A stretch of DNA of 63,866 bases, counting the filler, from Octopus bimaculoides (Eukaryota): NCBI RefSeq assembly GCF_001194135.2. It is 4 parts of 4 records of this genome, joined end to end, with 100 filler letters (N's around TTAATTAATTAA, not from the genome) between each part and the next. Parts side by side here need not be neighbours in the genome. Positions count along the whole stretch, not along the records: positions 52,033 to 61,765 come from NC_069003.1; positions 61,866 to 63,866 come from NW_026341225.1; 2 more parts are not named here. One strand, 5' to 3'. The position numbers and the translations under genes were made by a program. The notes beneath the pieces were generated by a model. It was not told where the DNA came from, ran no database searches, and worked only from the letters and a program-made list of their open reading frames with translations. This document shows positions 55,207-63,866 of this stretch, piece after piece. Each line of letters opens with the position of its first letter. The stretch's first letter is position 1.

Positions 55207-56203
55207 CCTAGTGGTCATCGTTGCGTTGATTGTCGCAACCCTTAGCTAAATGTATATACAACACATGATAACCACGTTTTTTTTTTCCTTTTGTTGTTGT
55301 TTTTTTCTTTTTTACACTTCACGTTTTCGTCTGATTCTTGTGCATTCTTTCTTCCTTTGGTTGTTTTGGTTCTGATCGTGCAAAATATTCCACCTGTGAC
55401 CACATCATGCAAATGTGCCTTTCTATTTTACAAAAAGAAAAGGGGGGGGGGGAACATTCAGTAGACTGAGCTTTGAAGGATATTTTTGCTGCTATTTCTA
55501 ATAACTAGTGGAACCGGAAAAGGCTTCTTTTCTGATGCCTCGCCTTTTTTATTTTTTTTTAAACCAAGGTTAGACTACTAACTAGATTCATAACAGACCC
55601 AATAATCAATACTATTCGAAATGTTAGTCAGTCAGTTTCTATTTCTAACTTTACATTATCCTATATTCCGTTTTCTTATTTCAAAAGCAGTCTGCGCCAA
55701 TATTTGGCTGTTATTTCTAAGAGTTCGAGCTAGTTTGGCCGTTGACTGTTATTTCTAGCAGGTCTGGCGAGTACATAGAATCTCAGATGTTCTCGTTTAT
55801 GCTGTGTAGCACTGCATATAATGAACAAGTACGTTTTGGTTCATAACCATACTGTGTGTAGTTAAGTGTACACATACATACATACACGATGCCTATGGGC
55901 GATTTCTGCTAGCTAGCCTTTTAATCACACATGCATACAAAATTATATATATTTATATATATATATATATACACGACGTAGAGGGAGATATGTACGGGGT
56001 ATACTCGCGCGTATTCGCATTTAAAACTGTACCAGGAGTACAGCTAGCCCTTTGTATATTGTGAAAGACAGAATACTTACTGTATGTATGTGTGTTGCGT
56101 TTAAGCTACTGACAGACAGGCACTTTAAAGGATAACTAGATCATTGGTGAGCTTAGCAGAGTAGCAAGCTAGTCCCAGTGAAGTTTATATATGTGTGTGT
56201 ATG

Positions 56204-56235
<32 letters not shown>

Positions 56236-57520
56236 CACGCACACATCAGTGGTTTCGTCTTAAATGCATGTAACGTGTGTGTATACAAAAATAGTTCAAA
56301 CTGGAATAATGTCTACGTACACAATGCCGCGTGCGTCTGTGTATTACGTCCTTGTGTGTGTGTGTGTAGGTGTGGCTTTGTGATAAATTTTTCCCCCCAC
56401 TCTCATGGTTCCTGGTTCAGTCTCTCTGCGTGGCATGTTCATTGGTTAAGTATTTCCTGTTATAGATCCGGGCTGACCGGAGCCTTGTTGTGGAATTATG
56501 AGAAAGGGAAACTGAAAGGAGCCTGTTCTGTATGTATGTGTGTGTGTGTGTGTGTGTCTGCTTTTGTGTTTTTCCCCAACCACTACTTGGTGGCCGGTGC
56601 TGGTTTCTTTGCGTCTTCGTAACTTAGTGGTTCGGCAGAAAGTAACTGATTGAATAACGACCAGGGTTTATAAAAATAAGCATTGGGGTGGATTTGCTTT
56701 GTCTAAACTTCAAAGTAGTGCCCCAGCATGTTCGCAGTCTAATGACTGAAACTTATAAAACATCTTGTTTCAGTAAGCCTGGTACTTTTTCTATTCTTCG
56801 TTTTACCGAACCGCTAAGTTACGGGCACATAAACACACCAACACCAGTTGTCAAGCGGTGGGGGGGGGGACAAAGACAAAGGTATACACATAAGGGTTTC
56901 TTTCAGTTTCCGTCCACCAAATCCACTCGCCAGGCTTTAGTAGAAGGTGTCACGCAGTGAGACTGAACCCGGAACAATCTCATTGTTACTTCGTCTCTTT
57001 GGTTTGAGTGTACGCGTGCGTTTATCTATTCAATAAATAACCTACATGAATGTTTGATTTTTCTAGTCACGCTTTTCATCTTAAATAGAGAGAGAGAGAG
57101 ACGCGGAGAGGGTTTACATTTAAGAGGTGCCTGATGAACGGGACATACTAAGCTTGGTGGCAAACAATGAGTAAAAAAGAACACGACACAAACACATACA
57201 CACAATGTGAGAGAGAAAGAGGGAGGACTAACATCAGTTTGGTACAGCCATTCCACTTATTTGGATTTTTATAGACTTTTCTGAAAAATACAAATATTGA
57301 AAAAAAAAAATATTTGTATTTACCCCCGATTTGCGCTCTTGTTTTTATCTACGCCGCACTTGAAACCACCCCTGGGCCGGATCTACAGTTTAAACTGGAT
57401 TCTGTATCCTACCAACGATGTCTGCACATGATACCTTCATGGTTGCTGTACCTCACTGTGAACACTATGTTATTCCACTTGTGAGGGTTATCTCTACAAG
57501 ATACTCTACAGAAATCTTAG

Positions 57521-57581
57521 CCGGCACTGGTTTTTGTTATGTTCCAGCGTCGTGAATGTCGTAACAAAAATCAAGTGCTGG
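57521..57581 (+). ncRNA. Candidate pre-miRNA hairpin
   Basis: ccggcactggtttttgttatg (57521-57541) pairs with cgtaacaaaaatcaagtgctgg (57560-57581): 21 pairs including 3 G-U, with one 1-nt bulge, an 18-nt apical region and UGU at the 5' arm/loop junction. I do not recognise a conserved miRNA family. Confidence 0.45.
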
Positions 57582-57824
57582 TGGCTATGATTTCTATAAT
57601 TTCATGTGATGTAGAAAGTGCACTGCTAGCGCAGCAGAGCAATGTATAGACTTATAAAAACGTTTAATATATACTTTCGTATATTGTAGTTGCATAACGA
57701 AATGCCGCGTCCCTATAAGTCATTAATACCTGTGTTATTGTACCTAGCCATTTCTGGCATACTACGTGCTGACATGCCTAGATTCTGCTGAATCCTATAA
57801 CATATACATACATATATAGATAGA

Positions 57825-58130
57825 TAGGAGTGGTTGTGTGGTAAGTAGCTTGCTTACTAACCACATGGTTCCGGGTTCAGTCCCACTGCGTGGTACTTTA
57901 GCCTCGGGCCGACCAAAGCGTTGTGAGTGGAAACTGAAAGAAGCCCGTCGTATATATATGTGTGTCTGTGTTTACGTCCCCGTAACTTAGCGGTTCAGCA
58001 AAAAAGAGACCGATAGAATAAGTACTAAGCTTACAAAGAATAAGTCTTAGGGTCGGTTTGCTCGACTAAAGGCGGTGCTCCAGCATGGCCACAGTCAAAT
58101 GACTGAAACAAGTAAAAGAATAAAAGAGTA
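57825..58130 (+). mobile_element. SINE family A copy with internal deletions
   Basis: taggagtggttgtgtggtaagtagcttgc...gggttcagtcccactgcgtgg head, and ggcggtgctccagcatggccacagtcaaatgactgaaacaagtaaaag tail. Confidence 0.85.
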
Positions 58131-58429
58131 TGTGTGTGTGTTTACACTCAATTATAAAAGTTTAAAAAAAACACATCCCCATAACAAGCCACCCTAAAAC
58201 TTAATTATCATTCCACGTTCGAACCCACACTACACTGCAGTGTGTACGACTGACTTCATTACCTATAATGCTGTTGTCATTTGGCTGTTGTATCTAGCAA
58301 GGTGATCCGACTACATAGAAACTCCACTCAATTCCTCAATCTATTTAATGTATATCATAAGATTTTACTGTCATAATCGTTTAAAATTAAAATGAATAAA
58401 TACTGCGATTCTAATTGACTGACGCAGGG

Positions 58430-58620
58430 TCATCAGCCGAAACAAGGGAGTAGAGGATCGCTATTGGCTGGCGGCTGCAAAGGCGTTTTCACTTACGATG
58501 TAGTTGGCTAGACAGGACGTCATTTCCGATGGAAATTATTGACGGTACATGACCAATTATCCGGCAAGCTTGCGACTGGATAATTCCTTGGACTTCTGGA
58601 TTTTGCCGTTTACGTAAGAC
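58430..58620. promoter_or_regulatory. CpG-rich promoter-like island
   Basis: ATTGG (58463), composite GACGTCATTTCCG resembling ETS-CRE (58516-58528), CCAAT (58553), a + strand donor GTAAGA (58614) and a minus-strand donor GTAAGT (58491-58496). Confidence 0.3.
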
Positions 58621-58854
58621 AGTTCAAATATATGCTTAAAATTTTAAATAAACTATGAGGAAGTAAAGACCTAAACTGTATTTAACATTCAAATTAATAC
58701 ATTTTTAAATCGGAGTCTGTTTGATAGTTATAATATATCATGCTGTAACCATGTTTATAATGTATACATTATAACATTGATATTTATTGGAAGAAAATTC
58801 AATGAAGGGAAGTAAAGAACATGGTTTTATTTAACAGATACGGGTACAAATTAA

Positions 58855-58997
58855 GGTAAATTTTCAGATTAACACCCGCACGATCTTCACTAGGGTGTTA
58901 GGGTTAGGGTTTTATGGTCAGGTTAGGGTTAGGGACGGAATTCCCTAACCCTAACCCCCTAGTGAAAATCGTGCGGGTGTTAATCTGAAAATTTACC
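58855..58997. mobile_element. 143-bp MITE with 55-bp TIRs, internal TTAGGG repeats and 8-bp TSD (Merlin-like termini)
   Basis: TIRs 58855-58909 and 58943-58997 (2 mismatches) begin GGTAAATTTTCAG. CAAATTAA is duplicated at 58847-58854 and 58998-59005. Confidence 0.85.
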
Positions 58998-59268
58998 CAA
59001 ATTAATACACTTTTAAAGCAGTATGTTTAATCTTTATCAATCCACTTATAAAGGTTAGAAACAAAACAATTTTTATCACACCGTATGCAAGGTAACTTCA
59101 AAAGCAGGGTCTGTTTACAGTGTATTGTACAGTGTTCGTGGTTTTCTGGAAACCAGGTAAGAGATCTGGTACTGTATTTCTGATATCGATTGTGTCCACT
59201 CGAATCGATCTTCTCTCTCCTCTCCTAGAACTTGGCCTAATACAAATTATGAAAAAATTATTATTGTT

Positions 59269-59628
59269 AAGGTGGCGAGCTGACAGAATCGGGCAAAATG
59301 TTTAGCAGCATTTCGTCCGTCTTTACGTTTTGAGTTCAAAGCCGCTGAGGTCGACTTTACCTTGCATCCTTTCGGGGTCGATAAAATACTTGAATTATAA
59401 AAGGACAAGGCCTGGAATTCATGGCAAGGGGCTAGTCGGTAAAAAATAATCCTTTCTACAATAGGCACATGGCCTGGATTTTGTGGAGAGGGGAGATAGT
59501 CGATTACATTGACCCCAGTATTCAACTGCTACTTAATTTATCGACCCCGAAAGGATGAAAGGCAAAGTGAACTCAGAACGTAGCGACGTGTGAAATACTG
59601 CTAAGCATTCTGCTAGCTCGCTGCCTTA
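59269..59628. mobile_element. Inverted (tail-to-tail) pair of SINE family B copies
   Basis: + strand copy at about 59269-59390 and minus-strand copy at about 59455-59628. Confidence 0.8.
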
Positions 59629-59986
59629 ATAAGAATAATAATAATACTGTGTTAATAATAAATCCTGGGTTCGATTCGTCCGACTAAATACTCTAGAGCG
59701 GTATCATTGTATTGCTGCACTCGAATGACTGAAACAAGTAGAATGTGAAAGATAAAAAGATGGAAAAAGATCAAGGAAACGTAAATGAGAACTTGGTGGT
59801 GGTTGATGCCGAGGAAATAATAATAATAATAAGTGGATGTCTGCTCGTTGTGATGGCACAATATTCTGTTGCATGGAAGGGAACAACAAACAGTTCCGGT
59901 GAGTCTAGTCTTCAGATGTGACCTTTTACAACTTAGATTGGTATTTACATACAAGCGTCTTGAATGACAGCTGATTCGCTTGTAAG

Positions 59987-60038
<52 letters not shown>

Positions 60039-60398
60039 NNNNNNNNNNNNNNNNNNNNNNNNNNNNNNNNNNNNNNNNNNNNNNNNNNNNNNNNNNNNNN
60101 NNNNNNNNNNNNNNNNNNNNNNNNNNNNNNNNNNNNNNNNNNNNNNNNNNNNNNNNNNNNNNNNNNNNNNNNNNNNNNNNNNNNNNNNNNNNNNNNNNNN
60201 NNNNNNNNNNNNNNNNNNNNNNNNNNNNNNNNNNNNNNNNNNNNNNNNNNNNNNNNNNNNNNNNNNNNNNNNNNNNNNNNNNNNNNNNNNNNNNNNNNNN
60301 NNNNNNNNNNNNNNNNNNNNNNNNNNNNNNNNNNNNNNNNNNNNNNNNNNNNNNNNNNNNNNNNNNNNNNNNNNNNNNNNNNNNNNNNNNNNNNNNNT

Positions 60399-61020
60399 CT
60401 TGAAACCAAAAAATGGACTTTTTTCTTATGACGCTGACTTGAGCCGCTCAAGCTGCTTGCACTAGATCTCCTTTGTTATCGTTTGGTTTAGGTTTAAAAG
60501 TTCAAAGTGGACTAAACCTTTCATATCCCACCAAACAGATAACAACACCTTACGTGGGTAAAGATCTTCTTTAGCCTGGGTTGCCGATGTTTCTTCTTTC
60601 CCTAACCACTGTCTTCGGTGCTTGACATTTTTATAGAGAACCCATTTCTCGTCACCAGTCACAATTCTGTCCAAAAAAAAAAAGGTTCATTCATGAGACG
60701 TAACAGCAAAGTTGAGCACACGTTCGCTCTCTGCACCCGATTAGACTCGGGATGTTTGTGAGGACTACATTGACCCAGTTTGCTGATTTTTTTTTTTTCC
60801 CGATGGCACGCAGGTGTCGGTGAATGGTTGAATTAACAAATCCAGGCTTCTCTGCTAATTTCTTAACAGTTCCGATGGGATTTTGTTCCAGTAGGTTTTG
60901 AATGACGTCCTTGTCAAGCTCTACAAAATCTTCTAGGACGATGCACGTCTTCTAGACTGTAGTTTCCGGTTCGGAATTTCTGGAACTACTGTTGGCACTG
61001 GCTTACGCTTATTATCGACA
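60399..61020 (-). pseudogene. Mariner (Tc1/mariner) transposase pseudogene, HTH through first catalytic Asp
   Basis: Minus strand gives FQKFRTGNYSL..ELDKDVIQNLLEQNP..HSTIHRHLRAIGK..(W)VPHK..NRVQRANVCSTLLLR..FLDRIVTGDEKWVLYKNVKHRRQWL..YPRKVLLSVWWDMKGLVHFELL..TITKEI*CKQLERL. These are hallmark mariner motifs (WVPHxL, TGDEKW, YPRKVLLSVWWD), with stops and frameshifts. Truncated at a gap. Confidence 0.92.
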
Positions 61021-61169
61021 TCGAAAGTACGAAAGGCCAAGTCGACCTCGGCGTGAATAGAAATCAAAATGTAATGAGCGGCAAGAAATGCTGCGAAGCG
61101 TTTAGTCCGATGTGCTAACGGTTCTGACAGCTGGCTGCCTTTCCGTATGTGCTCCTCGATGTTGATACC

Positions 61170-61501
61170 TTTTGTCTTCTGGTTGTTTCAGTCAATTAAA
61201 CTATGGCCATGCTGGGGTACCGCTTTGAAGTTTTAGTCGAATAAATCGACCCCAATACTTTTTTTTTAAGCCGGTACTTATTGTTGGTCGCTTTTGCTGA
61301 ACCCCTAAGTTAGGGGGATGTAACACGTCAAGTGGTGGGGTACACAGAAACACACACAAACATATATATATACGACGGGCTTCATTCAGTTTCCGTCTAC
61401 CAGATCCACTCACAAGGCTTTGGTCGGCCCGAGGCTATAGTAGAAGACACTTGCCCAAGGTGCCACGCAGTAGGACTGAACCCGAAACCATGTGGTTGGG
61501 G
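61170..61501 (-). mobile_element. SINE family A copy
   Basis: Reverse-complement match to 57825-58130 and co-linear with 3676-4070. Confidence 0.85.
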
Positions 61502-61865
61502 AGAAAAATTAGGCTGAATGGTCCTTGGCGGTACGCTCGACCAGAACCAAGCTGGGTCTCTTAAGCAATACTGAAAACATTATCATGGAAAGCATGCATC
61601 CGACAACGTTGTAAATCTCTTCCTCTCACTCTCTTTCTGTCGCTCTCATTTTCTATTATTAAGATATTAAATATTTTTTAATGAAATAGCAGTGTGAGGA
61701 CCAGAAGTAGTTTGAGCTTGGACGGTTTCTACGTAGAAGAGCCGGTTATATCTTTTACATTACTTNNNNNNNNNNNNNNNNNNNNNNNNNNNNNNNNNNN
61801 NNNNNNNNNTTAATTAATTAANNNNNNNNNNNNNNNNNNNNNNNNNNNNNNNNNNNNNNNNNNNN

Positions 61866-61898
<33 letters not shown>

Positions 61899-62456
61899 AG
61901 GGAGAGAGAGAGAGAAACTCGAAACAATTAATAGAAAAGGACAAAATTAAAGTGGAACAGTTATCGTCAGCCGTAGAGACCAGAATCCGTGTAGTTTCGG
62001 CTCGTTTAAAGTCCAAAGACTTTAGATACACTTCCTCATGTTGCACATTTCTGATAGTACATATCAATGAGATGATTGACATAAGAAAGAACAGGAATCA
62101 GATTGCAGAGGACAATATATTCGTAAGCTGGAAAAATAGGAGCAAACACTACACTACTTTCTAAGAAATTTCCTGATTCTAACTTAGTCATCATCATCAT
62201 CATCGTCATGAGTCCCCTTTTGTATACTTGCAAGAGACAGGTGGTGTTCGTTCACGTAGATGTTCTACGACCGGTGGCCTTTCCTATCGTCAAACCTCAC
62301 CTCTTTCAAAGCAACGTAATATTTCCTCATGTTTCGACATGTCTTAATGGGGAGTGATAAAAAATCGCACACAAGCTTACGCCAATATAGATACAAACAT
62401 ACATACATACAAACATACATACATACATACAGACATATATACACATACAAACATAG

Positions 62457-62496
<40 letters not shown>

Positions 62497-63336
62497 NNNN
62501 NNNNNNNNNNNNNNNNNNNNNNNNNNNNNNNNNNNNNNNNNNNNNNNNNNNNNNNNNNNNNNNNNNNNNNNNNNNNNNNNNNNNNNNNNNNNNNNNNNNN
62601 NNNNNNNNNNNNNNNNNNNNNNNNNNNNNNNNNNNNNNNNNNNNNNNNNNNNNNNNNNNNNNNNNNNNNNNNNNNNNNNNNNNNNNNNNNNNNNNNNNNN
62701 NNNNNNNNNNNNNNNNNNNNNNNNNNNNNNNNNNNNNNNNNNNNNNNNNNNNNNNNNNNNNNNNNNNNNNNNNNNNNNNNNNNNNNNNNNNNNNNNNNNN
62801 NNNNNNNNNNNNNNNNNNNNNNNNNNNNNNNNNNNNNNNNNNNNNNNNNNNNNNNNNNNNNNNNNNNNNNNNNNNNNNNNNNNNNNNNNNNNNNNNNNNN
62901 NNNNNNNNNNNNNNNNNNNNNNNNNNNNNNNNNNNNNNNNNNNNNNNNNNNNNNNNNNNNNNNNNNNNNNNNNNNNNNNNNNNNNNNNNNNNNNNNNNNN
63001 NNNNNNNNNNNNNNNNNNNNNNNNNNNNNNNNNNNNNNNNNNNNNNNNNNNNNNNNNNNNNNNNNNNNNNNNNNNNNNNNNNNNNNNNNNNNNNNNNNNN
63101 NNNNNNNNNNNNNNNNNNNNNNNNNNNNNNNNNNNNNNNNNNNNNNNNNNNNNNNNNNNNNNNNNNNNNNNNNNNNNNNNNNNNNNNNNNNNNNNNNNNN
63201 NNNNNNNNNNNNNNNNNNNNNNNNNNNNNNNNNNNNNNNNNNNNNNNNNNNNNNNNNNNNNNNNNNNNNNNNNNNNNNNNNNNNNNNNNNNNNNNNNNNN
63301 NNNNNNNNNTTATAAGCAAAAATATTCACCCATACA

Positions 63337-63674
63337 GGTGGTGGTGGTGGTGGTGATGGTGGTGGTGATGGTGGTGGTGGTGGTGGTGGTGGTGGTGGTG
63401 ATGGTGGTGGTGGTGGTGGTGGTAAGGGGTTTGTGTGTGTGCGTAATATGGATATATGTACATACATATATGTATATATAACGTATATATGTCTCTAAGC
63501 ATGAATGTATATACACATGCATACACATGCACAAATACATATATGCACACACACACATACACACACACACATATATTATATATATACATATATATATACA
63601 TGTTATATATATGCTCACATATATGGATATACAGATATATATATATATATAAATATACATATATATAAACATCC

Positions 63675-63770
<96 letters not shown>

Positions 63771-63866
63771 ATATATATATATGATTGTGTGTACCCATAC
63801 ATAAACACATGCACACATGTAAGTATTTATGTATGTATGTATGTATGTATGTATGTATGTATGTAT
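63337..63866. repeat. (GGT/GAT)n followed by (TA)n/(CA)n/(TATG)n microsatellites
   Basis: Direct inspection. Confidence 0.95.

Noticed and set aside
56465-56530. Apparent second exon in frame with the ATG-AG at 53749 (MRSGLTGALLWNYEKGKLKGACS)
   Set aside because: It lies inside a diverged SINE family A copy (56367-56760). The splice signals are probably fortuitous, although exonisation cannot be fully excluded.

Overview
This is AT-rich animal genomic DNA. The repeat content (tRNA-derived SINE families, very dense TA/CA/GA/GAT/AGAT microsatellites, R4/Dong- and RTE-type LINE relics) matches octopus, and many N gaps show a draft assembly; the species call is an inference. I found no complete or recognisable cellular protein-coding gene. 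Nearly all ORFs in the supplied track are artefacts of microsatellites, gaps or SINEs. Protein homology is supported only for transposon relics: a mariner transposase pseudogene (60.4-61.0 kb), R4/Dong-type RLE LINE fragments (10.0-11.0 kb, 6.3 kb, 32.7 kb) and an RTE-type LINE tail (4.2 kb). The most interesting features are: a pre-miRNA-like hairpin that pairs best on the + strand (57521-57581); a 143-bp fold-back MITE carrying TTAGGG repeats with an 8-bp TSD (58855-58997); a 192-bp near-perfect palindrome (16111-16302); a 105-bp satellite built from a TTAA-type MITE end (23.7-24.3 kb); a 300-bp fold-back around a TA microsatellite (42.2-42.5 kb); and several CpG-rich promoter-like islands, including a tandem double CRE at 37.6 kb. 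Isolated splice-bounded segments suggest a large + strand gene may cross the window, but this is unconfirmed. I see no evidence for a new multi-gene system.
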